DNA of 64,000 nt from Carcharhinus longimanus (taxonomy: Eukaryota): contig JASCQW010000133.1 in NCBI GenBank assembly GCA_030264375.1, positions 15,391,417 to 15,455,416 on the forward strand, written 5' to 3'. A program made the translations under genes and the position numbers. Under the pieces are notes generated by a model. It was given only the letters and a program-made list of their open reading frames with translations. It was not told where the DNA came from and made no database searches. This document shows, one piece after another, positions 38,201 to 53,200 of the stretch. Positions within the stretch are counted from its first letter, which is position 1. Each line of letters opens with the position of its first letter.

Positions 38201-41200
38201 GTGCTGAAGGCTATGGAATCAAGTTTGTGGTTGGATTTGGGCCACAACTTTCAGCTTCAGGCTGGTGTACTGATACTCAACCAATACTTTTCTTTGTATG
38301 CAACTATATCTACTAACTCATAATATGCCGAGTAATGAGGTACCAATTCTGAGCTTGTTAAATTACTGGATTTCATAGAAATATCCAAGTAATCTACAAA
38401 TTAGCGAAGGTTTTCCTGCAGGGGGGAGCGGGGGGGAACCTGTTGTGTACTATAATAATTAAGCAGTTGAAAAGCTGCATCTTGCTTCTCTTAAAACTAT
38501 AATCCTCCCATATAGGTAATAAGCCGTGGATAACGAAGGAGGTGAAGGAAAGTGTTAAATTAAAAGCGGAGGCGTTTAGAGTAGCTAANNNNNNNNNNNN
38601 NNNNNNNNNNNNNNNNNNNNNNNNNNNNNNNNNNNNNNNNNNNNNNNNNNNNNNNNNNNNNNNNNNNNNNNNNNNNNNNNNNNNNNNNTGATCTTATTGA
38701 ATGGCGGGGCAGGCTCGAAGGGCCAGATGGCCTACTCCTGCTCCTATTTCTTATGTTCTTATTATCTGCTGGCATTTCTGGTACCGTGCCTAAAAGATCA
38801 TCCTGAATGCAAGTCTAGATATTGGCTAAGTATTAATCTCCCATGCTCATTGGACATGTACTGGAGGAGTTTTCTTCAGAGATTACTAAATAATCCGGAG
38901 CAGGAATATCTTGCCCTGGATTTGTTAGGAGTTCCAGGAGTATTTATATAACCTCTCCCATGCTCCAAGATGCTTGATGGTTGGTATGATTGTACCAAGG
39001 GATGGCAAAGCACAGAAGATGATATTAGAATTGGTGATCAAAATCTCAACCAAAGGAGAGGGAAGCAGCACAGAGGAGAACTAAAGAACTCTAGAGGAAG
39101 CTTGGGTTTGGAACCTGTTGCACAAGTAGTCAATGCATTTAAACTGAGAAACCAAGTCACCATTAGTCATGTTTTTAAAGACAAATGTAATTCTGCATTC
39201 CTGCTGCCTGTTTTACGATTGAATCGATAGTCTCTCCAATCATGACTGGAGTGGTATTTGTAATGTATAAATTGCAGCAAAAATTATTCCTCTACATTTT
39301 CTCCTTTGCTTTCTCAGTTTACTTGTATTCTGACTTGATCGCTAAAATAATATGAAAGCTATTTCTGATAATCTAATGTTTATGGTATTTCAAGTCTTAA
39401 ATAGAAGACATAATTTATATACAGCCTTCATCTGAAAGAAGGCTGTTGATTTTGGGGAACTCATTTGAAAGTATATGTTAAGAAGGTGTTAGCTCACAAG
39501 TTATCTGTATACAGAATTGGCATCTAGAAGATGTTTTTGGTAGAATTTTCGCGTCCGCCACGGAATTGTAGCAGGCTGGACAGGACTATGCAAGGTCCGC
39601 TGACCTCGGGCAGAATGTTCTGCTCTTGGGACAAGCATGGCTGGAAAATCCCACCCATTATAACTCAGATGCCCACTTGTTCCTATCACAGCATTTATCC
39701 ACCTATCTGAGTAACTTGCAAATTGGGAACAGCTTTAAACCAAGTGCGTTAAACTGTCAAAAACATTGAGGTTAGTCACAAGATTTGGATATTGCTTTAT
39801 TTGATTTGTGCCCGGAAGGGTGTTCTGTCCTGACTGGGGAGAAAGGGAGTGCTGTTGCTGTTTTGTTTTCCCTTTGTTGTTTTGTTTTCACCATTTGGCT
39901 GTTCCTTTGGTATATTGGGACATGACAAAACTGTTTTACACACATTTGCATTGACCAGACAGTAACATAATAACTACAAAATGCTGCAATTTTTTTGAAT
40001 GTGACATCTTTGGTGTTGCGTTTGTCAAGTGTACATAGCTGTATTTTAATTGGAAACTCCCCAGTTGAAATAATGCAACGATTCCATGTGTGTTTGGTTT
40101 GCAGCATTCAATTTGCAAACTGTCTTGAAGACGTTGCATTGCAGAGACTGCACAATTTCGAGCGCTGGTTGAGTAAAAAAGTATTTATAAAAAATGGTGA
40201 CGCTCGAAGTCCAATATGAACTTGAAATCATTCTGTAACCTGATACATTGTTTCAGATTTCAAATCTATCCATCAACAAAACTGACGTAGCATTTGAATT
40301 TGTGTACTGTATTTATTACAATTTTTATTGAAAGATATCTTTCGATATTCTTGCAAATTATTTGCTTTGCCATATGGCATTAAGAACTATGACTGGCACT
40401 GTAGAAAATAGCCGAGGGGGCTGTTCACAGAATGGCTTTTTAAACTGTATAATGTTTAAATTTAAAGAACAAAGAAAATTACAGCACAGGAACAGGCTCT
40501 ACGGCCCTCTAAGCCTGCACAGACCGTGCTACCTGACTGAACTGAACCCCCTTCCCTTCTGGGAAGTACTCATGTACTTGTCAAGAGATTTACTGAGAAT
40601 TTTTTACTTCCACTTTTAATGTAACTACTGTGTCTATTTTCTACACTTCGTTTTATCCTGTAGCCATGTTTCAAAACATCCATTAAACTTTGGGAAAAAA
40701 ATTCCCCATTGGACACGTAGCTTTAATTGGCTTTTTTTAAATTGAATTTCTCAGATGTGTTCAATTTACTTGTTTTTTTTCCCTTAAATTTGTACTCAAA
40801 TATTTGTGGTGGAACAAAAAATGCGAAAAATAGCAGTGACCTGTATGAACCATAATCTGATTTTTGGCTGATAGTGTGAAAAAGTAGGTCTGTTCAATTT
40901 AATTCTGAACACTTAGCTCCCCCTAATGATCCAATTTGGCAATGGCACAATTTATCTGTTTTTTGCATAAATTAGCCAGATTATGTTTGAATTTCCTTTA
41001 TTTGCATTTTTAAAATACATTCTTGATATTTGCTCATAAGAAGAATGGTATTTAATTTTACCGTTAAATTTACAAGTGGGAGTCATGTTCTATGAATGTG
41101 GTAATTATATCAATGCCGAGTTAGCGCAATTAATCAGCAACTTAATTTTATGTCATAAGTGAAGGTTTTTACAGAATGGTAAGTTGTGGGGGGTTTTTTT

Positions 41201-44200
41201 TTGCCCCAAATTAAAAGGAAATGTTAAATTTGTGTTCATAGCACAGTTCCATAGACTGAATCTTAACACCTTTTTGTAGTGTTGTCAAATGGCTTCCTGT
41301 TCTATGTTCCTGGCTAATTCATTCATTGATAAATGTTGTATTTGGGAAAATTTGAAATCGCAAGTCAGGTAATTTATAAAAGCAGACTCTTGATGGTACC
41401 TAGTGTTTTTTGTTTGAAGTTGGAATTAATTTTTGGGCCGTCCACAATGAGGAATCTTTTTATCAGTATCAAGCTTAGTACGTAATAGGTATGTTTTTAC
41501 TAAATGCAGACTGATGATATCTCTATTCTGCTTCAGCAATCTGGTTTGCCTGCTGAAAAAAAAATTGTGAATTTCCCCATTTATCACCTGAGACTTTGAG
41601 ACTCCTGACTTAAGTACGTTTGATTCATTGTCATCCTATTTTGGTACGGGGGCATGACGTCTGGGAACTAAATTGAGACTGATCAAACTTCTTTCCAGAA
41701 CACACACAACAAGGGATGGGAATGCTTGTGGCATTATTCTGATCTTGATTCAAAATCTAGTGTGAGAGATTATTTTTGTTACGTGAATGGATGCCCAGTT
41801 TCTCTGGTAGAGCTGGTTGTCAGAAACAACTTGATGATCGTTTAGTCGTGCTTTCATGATTCATTTTATTCATTAGCCAGCTAAAACTTCACGTAGCTAA
41901 AACTATTAACTTGGTGCAAGAAAAGCTTTCAAGGACTCTAGCTTCCTAAATGTTGATTTGCTTAATAGAAGGCTCTTTCACATTAGCCAAAAAAAATTAA
42001 GTAATTAAAGCAGTGTAGCACTCATTCATGGGAAATGAGCCTCTCTGCATAATTCATTCTATGAAGACCTGCAACCCAATGGAATACCTAAATGGAAGGA
42101 AGGCTCTCTTTAAAAAGAAACCTCTCCAAAATTATAAGTCACTGTCAGTAATATATTATTACAAGCAACATATGCATTTTTTGACAAATATCTCTTTTTT
42201 TTTTGTTTCATGCCCAAAAATACTTATTGCACGGACCAGATATTCCCTTTATTAAGCTCTGAATGCAGCTGAAGTAGCTGAAGTTTTAGCTGGCTAATGA
42301 ATAAAATGAATCGTGAAAGCACGACTAAACGATCATCAAGTTATTTCTGACAACCAGCCCTACCAGGCTATTGGATTGCTTGGTTATTCCAAATGACCAA
42401 TCTTTATGGACTACTTATCTAAGCAAGCATATCCACCGTAAGCATCAGTGTTTTGTAACTGACGTTAAACGCATAGTTAGCTGTTAAATAACTTATAAAA
42501 GTATGTTATGTCGTTATGCAGACTAAAGTACATTTGCCAAACCGTGATCAAGATATGAAATAGTCATTGCACCAACATTGCTTTTTTATTTTATTGTGCT
42601 TTACTACAGTTTTTGGTAGTTTCAAAATACTACAGTTCCTTCTACCAGTTACGTGGTGGTGTTTTTGACAGTAGATGAAGGCTCAGATTTTTCAATTTTA
42701 ATGATGCTGGTGAAACTCTCAGACTTACCATTGTCACTCTAAAACTGACAGCAACTTCTATGTGTTTAATTAAACATGGAAATTCAGAAGTTGATGTTAG
42801 TGGTTGCTCCTTTGTAGGAAATCCTCGCAGGTGTAAATAAATTAGAAGTTACTGTTTTGGCATGAACTTCTGCTCTTAATCTCACTGTAAAATCCTTGGA
42901 AAAATTATATCTTGTTGAATGAGGTGTAACTAGGTTTTTTAATGGGGTACTAAGTCGTCATTATTGCTGACCAGCCTCTCTGGCCCCGAAAACCCAATTT
43001 TTCTCAGTTTCATCATTAAAATTTGATAGCTTTTCTGTAAATATTGTGACGTTTAAGGGATTTTAGCTTCTACCTTAAACCCATATGTATATCCAGGTCT
43101 TTATTTCACTTTCAGTGAAATAACGAAAGATGAATGACAAAATCCGCCAGTAATTTTCCTGGTTTGCTGTCAGCAAATGCTTCAATGAGATTGGCTGCTT
43201 AATCTGCCTGATTTTATCATTGTTACTGGATGCCAGTGACTTGTGATAGCTGGCGGCTGAATGAAATTAATGTTTTGGAAGGTGAAATTCATACCACTAA
43301 GATCTATACTCACCACTGATTTAAATAGCAGGCACCGTTAGTTAACTCTGTCAGCAAAATTGAACCTAATGTTTTTTTCCTGAAGTTCTAGACAAAGTTA
43401 ATTATAGACAAAAACTTTCAGGATATAATGCTGTATAAAATTCTGGTTGAACAGAATAATGTTGGTTATCAGTGAATAATTGTCTCAAGCTCAAAAAAGA
43501 GTAATACTAAGAAACAAAAGTACATTCTACTTTCATAACTGGACAAAAATATTTTGTTATAATATGGTCAGTGATTGAGTAAATATTATTGCAGGCGATA
43601 GTCTTTAACAGGCAGAGATGTATTATTTATTTGACGAGCATAATCTGGGGAAAAGCCAAAGGTCCCGTACTTTTTCCAACTATTGTATTGAATGCCTAAA
43701 AAAATCACCTTCCCTCTGCTGCTGAACAAAAGTTGCAACAATCTTTTATGGAATATATAATATGTGTTGATTTTTTTTTAATAACATGGTTAGTTAGTGT
43801 TTATTTCAAGGGGTGGCAAATATTGACTATGTAAAATTATTACACTTTCATTACCCAAGTAGCTAAAGTCTTTCATTGTGTGAATCTATCTCTAGAACTA
43901 TGTTCTTCCAACTCCTAATATTTGTGATGGTGTGTTAGAAGAAATAAAAATCTTCTTCCATTAAATAAGCTGCAACCCATGTCCTTGGGTTTAAGTAGCT
44001 GAGCAAAATATCTTCTTGATTGAAAACTTGCTCTCGAGTGTCGAAAGCAAAATATATTTTAGCAGCAATCAGAGAAGGTTGGCCGTTTTCACTTCTAATT
44101 TATTTTTAGATTTATCTGTTTCCAATCAGGGAAATATTTATTATCTTGTGTTGAGCTGTGTGATGTGTTTTTTGGTTAAGCCATTATACGGTAACTGTTA

Positions 44201-47200
44201 AAGACTAACTGAAGTCCATTTCCAGGATTGTGTTTTGGATAATGTCACTATACTTTCATTTTATTTTTGAAATGCAGGTGATGGGATTGCACAGACTGTC
44301 ATCAGTCATGTGAGTGGACAGGAAGGAGCTGTAAATGCATCAAGCCCAAAACATTCTGGTAAAATTCCTCAGAAAATAACCAATCAGATGGTTCAGAAAG
44401 TCTGGAAAGAATGCAATTTGAACAAAACACAACTGAAGTAAGTTTAAATAAGCATTCTGTGACAGAATGGTAGAATGTTAGTTGTGCTCAATCCCACTGT
44501 AGGTGGCATTTCCTATGTATCTGCACTCAGATGCTTGTGCAATCAGGATGCAAATCAAATAGGGGGCTTGAAAGCTTGTTGAATTTACAGTGTTATTGAG
44601 TTGTGTGCCTAATACACCAAGATCACCTCTATTTTATGATCATCTGTCAGTCACCCCACTTGAATGTGTCTCCATTCAAATCACTGAGCCCAAGTTTCCT
44701 ACAGTCGCTCTTAAAGATAATCTTCAAATTGAGACCAGGGCTGAAATTTTCCTTTCAGTTCTGCTAACAGTCACCCTCTTTCTCTTGGCTGCAAACATCA
44801 AGGAAAATCTGTTGACAGCAGTGGGACCAGCAGATCCAGTTGCTGGCCACTGGTGGTCACTACTGCAAAGCATGACATGGTGGTGGAAAACCCTATTCTA
44901 GATGTCTGAACACAACAAGAAGCAGAGGAAACAATGCTTTGGGTGGTCCTACCTTGGATAAGCAGTGGAAAACTTGCTTGTACTTAGCACTGATATAGTA
45001 TGCAGTTTGAACTAGCTAAATACCATACGCCTATTGGGTATGTCGAAGTTTTTATGCTTCTGACCTTTATTTAACCTGCACGAATTGGGGAAATAGAGTC
45101 TATCCTTTCACAGAGTGAAAATATGCACTTTTAGACCAACAGAAATTACCCGTGTATCTACATCAATGAGTTTAACAACTTTTAAGATTAATGGTGTAGT
45201 TCTGTGCTTTTCAGATATTTGGCTAACTAAAAAGGAACTTGTTTTCATCTGCCAGACCTTGGATGAGTTCTTTGATTTTATTAATTCTTTTATAACCTGC
45301 TTCATATGTTTTGCTTCTTAGGTGAAGACGTGGGTTATGATAAAATTCCAAATTTGATGTGCTAGTTAATGTTTAAATTCGTCGAACCAGCCATTCTAAA
45401 TATGGTTCCGGACTATTCTAAGGATAAGAATTCAGAAATTAAAATTGAAATTTTTGTCAATTTGTGTGTCTCATTGTAACCACTGGTTTCTTGTGCAGAG
45501 GAAGGCCTCTTGATTGTTTCCTGTTTTTGGAAATTTGTCCTCCAGCTCAGCTATCTAATACTATACTTGTATCTCTTGCCTCACTTTTAATGAATTAAGG
45601 GCTTGCCTTCTCCTGAACTTCTTCAATAAGCACATATCGGATGTACTTGTTAAGTATCCACGTAAATATTGATTTATTTTCCACTAACTTGCTGTTACAG
45701 CCTCTCCCACCTCACAATTAGAAAAATAGGAACAGGTGGGCTATTCAGCACCGCATGTCTGTTCAGCCATCCAAGAAATCTAACCCTAATGGTGTGAGCT
45801 CTATTTGTAGCTTAAACCTTGGAGTCCAAGCATCATTCTTGCTATTTTTGCTTTGAGACTAGTATATCCTTCCTAAGGTGTGACACCAGAATTGCACAGA
45901 GGTATAGTCTAGCCAGGGCTTTGTGTAGCTGAAGCATGTCTTCTATCCCATATAGCCTTAAGAAACCTAAAGCCGTTTTAGGAATGCCATTCCTTCTTCT
46001 TTGTTCACTATCACCTTAAGTGATTGAATGGACAGTTAGTATTTCCGAGGTCAGTAGTTGCATTTCTACGCATTTCTTTGATCTGTCTACAAGTTTACGC
46101 TTAATTTTCCTCCCGCTTGTAGTATTGCCTGACTCTGGACCAGTTTTTGTTTAGATCAGTCTTTTCCAACATGTATTGCCTTTACAAACAGTGCAAATCC
46201 TTCTTTTCTATTCTGTCCTCCTTTAAATATTAGTGTTTTATTTTCCACTACTGTTTGCAGCCAAACTTTTAGTTCCATTAAATCTACATCTTCCTGTTCA
46301 TTTTCCACATGAATTTTTTTTGTATTTAATATTACTCTAATTTCCTTTGTATTCCAAGTGAGCAGCTTATTCCTTAATCTTTTTCCTTGTTTGTAACCAG
46401 TTGATTTGATTTTGTTTCTTTCCTTGCTCCCTCTTTCTCTCTCATGCTTTCCCATTTCTGTTTCTAACTGAGAGCCATATTGAAGGAAGACCATAATTTC
46501 CTCCAAAGGTTATTTTCTCTTGCCACTGAACCTGAAGGCCCATAAATTTGGTTTTGTGCTGCCCATTTTCCAGGTACTATGTGGTTTCCTGACCTTCCAA
46601 ACTTGCAGGCAAGAAGCATGCATATACTTCCAACCTGAAGTGCTCCATCTACTGTGCTGGATAAAGGCACAAAAAGGTTTCTTTTCCCTACACCTCAAGC
46701 TGGCATGTTAAACAGAGCTGAATTAAGTTAACTTGACACAATAGATGGTTAACTAATGGAGTTGAGGGTTTTTCTGGTTCATTGCATTTTATCTTTACCG
46801 ACTTTCACGGGACTATGTTGCATTTAGTTAAATCTAATGTGAACTGATATCTGCTTATTTTGCAAGTTTTTTTAAAGGTTAAAATCTGTATTCTTGGAAC
46901 ATTTTGGCCTGTGAACAGTTGTCATTTCCCAGGAAAACTGCATAAACCCATCAAGGTTGATCTACGCTTGAGCTTCTGTAATATGCATTACCTGGGCAGT
47001 TCTGTTCACTTTTTAAAAATAAGTTAAGTTAATGAATAGATGCAGAACTGCAGCTTGTTGATGTGTCATAAGACAGCAAGAGAAAAAAATCAGTTTTAAT
47101 GGAAACATTCAGCCACAATGAGCAAAACTTAACCTTCATGAGTTAATGAGTTGAATAGTGAAATTGAATATTGTAAGAGGTGTGAACAGTATCACTGACT

Positions 47201-50200
47201 TTTTTTTAATACGCATGTATTAAAGAAGGCATTCAACTAGTGAAAGCTCTGAGGAAGAGGTGGCCAGCAATGCTGCTTCCTGGGATTTTACGGAGCCTGG
47301 CCAAAGAGTGAATTGTTCCTGTTCAAGGTAGGATATTCCTTATTTAGCATACAAGCTTCATGCATTGCTCTGCCTGTGTAGGTGATATGATTTGACTTTT
47401 CCATGCTTAATCATGTGGTAGTGCACTGGTTTGCAACAAGTGTGTGTAATGGTATATTCAATACCACCCATCCATCCCCACCATCCACCTACTCACCACC
47501 ACCATCCCCCATCCCATTGAAGCCAAGATACCATGTAGAAACTTCTGACTGAATAGATGAGGGTTGATTGCACAACTGATTTCTTGCTACTTCCCTCCTA
47601 CACTCTCTTCTTTCTCTGTGTCCTCCAGCTTTCACGTCCTTCCCTCAATCCTGACACACACTGCAAAATTAAAACTTACATTCCCAAATCTGCTTGAGAA
47701 AGCAGCAGCACACCAAGAGAGTCACCATCCCAGGTAATTGAGTTTGGATCTTGGACAACCTCCAGATTCAAATTCATTTCTTCCTTTGGGTGATAACTTT
47801 TGAAGTGCTTAAGCTGTTAATTATTGCAGAATTTGTGCCTCAAGATAAGCATTGTGAAGATTAAGTCCTTTATTCCCTTGTGAAATTTATTTTTAGCCTG
47901 CCCAAGGCAACTAGACTTGACCTAGAATCCACTATTAAACCAGCAGCATCCACTATGAAATTGGCTGTTGTTAATTATGAAGTTAATCGTTTAGCCAAGC
48001 CATCAACTGACCAGGTTAAAAGGTAAAAGTTGTGAGCAGTAACGTGAGAGTGGAACCTCATTTCTGCTGTCACTGTTTTCTGAAAAAAAAGTCATTGGCA
48101 TTGGTAATGCTAACCAGTGTTTGCTTACATGTGCCTTAGGACACCGTCCATTCAAGAATCTTGCCTTACTGCGTTCTGAGTTTGGTCAGGTGACCCTCTA
48201 TTTGGCTTGATACTCAATTATCCCTTGCCATCTCCTCCATTGCTGATAGCAGCTGAGAATGGTGTCCTAAAAATGAATATTTTTCTAGTTATTATGTTCC
48301 CATCCTCTAGCTGATAATTGCTATAATTCAGTATTCAAGAAAGCTCTGCAAATCTTTCTGGAAGAATTTCACCAATTTTTGGAAGATTTGTGCATACCAT
48401 AAACTTTCAAAATAAAATTTATCCCAAAATATTGCTTTAGTTTTGCTTGATACCCATTTTGATCTGTTGCAGCTTGGAGCTACTTCTAAAATTGCTACTC
48501 TGCTTCTGTTGTACATTTTGGAGGTTCTCATGGTGCTTCCCTTGTCAAATAATAAATGTTGTCCTGAGTAACACCTTGCACAAAATAGAATGCATGAAGA
48601 TTTACCTAATGACTTCATAGTAGGGTGATTTTGTTCTTGGGCAAATTCCCCTCTTGGGTCCAAACTTAATCACATTTTTTTGTGAATAGAAAAGAAGCCT
48701 TGGATTAAATAGTAATTTCACAATTACAGGATATCCCAAAGTGCCCTGGAGCTAATTGAGTACTTTTGAAATGCACTGTTGTAATATAAGAAACCAAGGC
48801 AGTCAGTTTATGCGCAGCAAGTTTCCACAAATGGCAACATGATAATGATTAAATAAACTGTTTGTATGGTGTTAAATAAAAGCTAAATATTGGTTTGAAC
48901 ATTAGGAAAAACTCCCCTGCTCGTTTTTAAAATAGTGCCATGGAATCTTCAGTAACCACCACAGAAGGTAGACAGCACCTCAGTTTGATGTTCAAAAAGA
49001 TGGCACTTCCAATAGTGCTTCAGTTCCTCACTGTCGTTTGGAGTCTCAGCACTGTTTTATGCTGAAGTGCTGGAGCGGTATTCAACTCCAGTGGTCTTCT
49101 GCCTCAGAGACAAGAGTTCTTCTACTAGCTGCGATACTGCTGATATAACAGTGGAAACTGGACTTGGTCACATATTGAGTGTTAAGTAATGTCTGGAAAA
49201 AAAAGCACAAATATTTCACAAGAACACAAGAAATAAACAGGCCAGCATGCCCTTCAAGTCTACCCTACCATTCAATGCATAGCTAATCTATGACATTCTC
49301 AATTCCTCGTCTGTGCCATTTCCTCATAGCCCTCTATTCTTTGATCTATCAAATATTTATCCACATCAACTTTAAATACTTCTAATGATCCAGCCTCCAC
49401 TACCCTTTGGGGTAGAGAATCTCAGATTGGCACCACATCTACTCCCTCCACAACAGATGCTCACTAGCAGCAGAGTGTACTATCTACACGATGCACTGCA
49501 GCAATTCATCAAAGATCCTTTGGCATCTTCCAAACCCATAACCACTTCCATCTAGAAGGACAAGGGCAACAAATGCATGGGAACACCACCACCAGAAAGT
49601 TCCCCTCCAAACCAGTCACCATCCTGACTTGGAAATATGTCGTTGTCCCTTTGCGGTTGCTGGGTCAAAATCTTGTAATTCCCTCCCTAATGGCATTGTG
49701 GGTCAACCCACAGCACATGGACCACAGCGATTCAAAATTCTTAAGGGCAACTTGGGATAGACAATAAATGCTGGCCAGCCAGGGACGTGCATGTCCATGA
49801 ATGCATTTTAAAAATCACCCTCTGCAAGAAGAAATTTCTGTTCACCAGCCCTTTATCTTGTCACTATGTCCCCTTGTTCGGGACACTCTCATTAGTGAAA
49901 ACATCTTATCATCTACCCTGTCAAGCCCCTCACGATCTTGTATGTTTGAATAATGTCATCCCTCACTCTTCTAAACTCCGAGGAATACGGATTCAGACTA
50001 TTCAGTCTCTCTTCATATGACAACCTTTCATCCCAGGAATTAGCCTGGTGAATCTCCTTTGGACTGCCTCCAATGTTGTTATATCCTTTTTTTAACTAAG
50101 GGAACAAAAGCTATATGCAGTATTCCAGGTGTGGCCTCAGTAACACCCTGTAGAATTGCAACAAAACCTCCCTAGTTTTAAACTCCAATCCTTTTACAAT

Positions 50201-53200
50201 AAAGGCCAAAATGCCTTTTGCCACCTTAACTACTTGTCGGGCCTACCTGCCAACTTTTTGTGATTCGTGTACTTGAATGCCTTGATCCCTCTGTACTTCA
50301 CACATACACAGTCTTTCTCCATTTAGGTAATCTACCATTTGATTCCTTCTATCAAAGTGCATGACCTCACACCTTCCCACATTAAACTCCATTTGCCAGG
50401 TTTTCACCTAATTACCCAACCTAACAAATTACGTTGCAGAATCTCAATATCCTCACTGCAACATGCCCTTCATCTATCTTCTTATTATTGGCAAATTTGG
50501 AAATCTTGTTTTCTGTTCCTTTTTCCAGGTCATTAGTGTAAAAAGTGAACGATTGTGGGCCAAGAACTGATCCCTGTGGTACTCCACTAGTTACATCCAC
50601 TCTGAAAGGGACCCATTTATTCCAACTCTTTGCTATTGCTGGTTTTCAATTCATGCTAACACACTTCCTCCAATTTCCATACGCTTTTATGCACCGGCCT
50701 CTTATGTGACACACTGTCAAATTTTGCATGTTCATTAAAACATTCGTGTTTTGCAGTTGTTCATGCTGTTGATCCTAATCAATTTTCATCTTTAGCCACT
50801 TTGCACTGCTGAAATCGATATAGGATTAACACAAAAAAGCAGATTTTATTCAATTTGTTTTGGTGTTATTAGAGTTTGAATAATTAGAAGCATAATACTG
50901 TGGATGCTGGAAATCTGAAAATAAAACAAAATGATGGGAAAACATGCATGTTTGACAAAATATTTAGAGAGAGAGAGAGAATTAATTTTTCAGTTCTTAT
51001 TTCTGGAAGAAGAGCCAAGTGGACTCAGATGTTAACTGTTTCTCTCTGCGCAGGTACTACCAAACACAGAATTTTTCTGGCGTTTTCTATCTTCAATTTG
51101 AATAATTTGGCTGGGCTGTGTGCTGTAAATGTGAGCACTTTCCTTAATACTGGGAAAAGGTGTTTAACGTCATACAAAATTTACCATCACTGTTGTCGTC
51201 TTGATTCTGACATGGTGCTGCTTGGGGTCACTTTTGAAACTATGCATTGAGAATTCCATTATTGTTGAATACAGCCTTTGAATGTTATTTTTCAGGCAAA
51301 AGCTTCTAAAACAACGAAGTGCAACAGGCACAAACCGCCCTCCATCCATCTCCCAGCCTGGTTTTAATACTGGGCTCCCTTCCACTTCTTCCTTGCCATC
51401 ATCTGCCTCTTCTAAGCACAAAACAAATGAGAAGCAGGAAAAGGGAGATAAGCAGCAGAAACGACCTATGACTCCATTTCATCACCGACCCTCATTAACC
51501 GACGAGCTTTGTATGGAACAGGATCCCACAGGACAGAAGCTTGGATTGGTTGGTATTGATTCCTTAGAAATGCACAGCAGCAGGAAGTATGGCAAGCCAG
51601 CATCTGGACCTCCAGGAAACCAGAGCAAGCCACTTAATTTGAATCCTATGGATTCTCCACATTCTCCCATCTCTCCTCTTCCACCAACTCTCAGCCCCCA
51701 ACCAAGAGGTCCAGAGGCAGAAGGTTTGGAAGGAGCTCCTGTGCCCATTAATCCATTGCTGTACAGTAATGGTCTAGAACTTCAGGCAATCCCCAGCCTT
51801 GATGATAAGACTGGGCTTTTATCACAAAGACTACCACCAGTGCCGGAGGTGAGCGAGACGACTCTATACAATGGTATCACTGCACAAAATTTGGAGTCAT
51901 CGGACAAAATTTCATGGCAGTGTTACAAGACTCCAACCCACGTAGAAGGAGAATTCAGGCCACCAGAACTGCACTGTGACAGATGTGACAACAAAATTGA
52001 TAATCTAGATGGTTCAGCACTAAGACGGTAATATTTGTGGAAGACCATTTGTATTTAATGTTTGGTTGACTTGTATCTTCATTGCATCTGAGATTTTATG
52101 GTGATCCTTTGAAACCTGATTTGAATTTTTAAAATGGAAATAATCCATAATTACGTATGAGTTTATAGATTTAAAACATGAGATTTTAACAAAATATGCT
52201 GTCGTCTTAAAACATGAGTTTTACTTTATCTAAATCTGAACAAAAATTAATGCCCAATGATCAGTGACTGAAACAATGAATGATTTAGATAAAATGACAA
52301 ATAGGACTGTTCATAGAATCCTTTCGTGCAGAAGGACACCATTCAGCGCATTGAGTCTGCACCAACCAAAATCCCATGCATTTACCCTAGCCAGTCCCCC
52401 GATACTATGGGGTATTTTAGCAAGAACAGTCCACCTAACCCACATATCTTTACATGTTGTAAATCAGTATTTTGTGTTGCATATTAATTTGCACTCTAGA
52501 GCAGTTGAAGCATCCAGTTTCTCAGCTGTCTTACTGAATCCAAATTGACAGTTAAAATGAAAGACTTTGTAAATAATTCCAAACACGGTGCAAAACTAAA
52601 GTTTTCCAGACTCTGTCCTTGTTAATGTCGCTGTTTTGGTATTGTACCAACAGTGTCTATGCTTTTGTTTTTGCCCCCAAACCTAGCTTTAATGATATTG
52701 CATAGCAGACCTTTTTATACAAAACTGTTATGCACAACGCCTGAAAAATTCAAATCTACCAATTATCAACAAGTAAACACTTGCATTCTAATCAAAATCT
52801 GTTTCAGCAAACTGTTCATAAGATGCAGATTTGATTGTCAGGTAACTTGGGATAGAGCTTTTAGGCTCCATTTTAATCAGGATTTTTTAGTATTGAACTT
52901 TTCTCAAGTGAATTTGAGGAGACAAAATCTGTTATGGTTTTCCTTTATTTTTCAAATGTTGTGTTGCTGGGAAAATACCATGAATTTCAGAGGAATTCTA
53001 AGAATCCAGAGAATGAGAGAAATTGATAGAGAAGCTGAATTGACCTTTTATGGGATTGTAACAGGGAAAATTAATGAGATCAAAATGATGCGCTTGTGTA
53101 GAAAACGTGAAGCAGAAAAAGGATTGAAAATAAAGTAGAAACTTGTAAAAGTGGAGACAAAAGTAGAAAAGGAGAGTGATTGCTTGGAAATTAAATGCAA

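Noticed and set aside
51170-51748. Antisense ORFs over the large exon
   Set aside because: Shadow frames of the MED13L coding sequence.
52653-53138. 161-aa plus-strand intronic ORF
   Set aside because: Non-ATG start, AT-rich composition and no recognisable homology.
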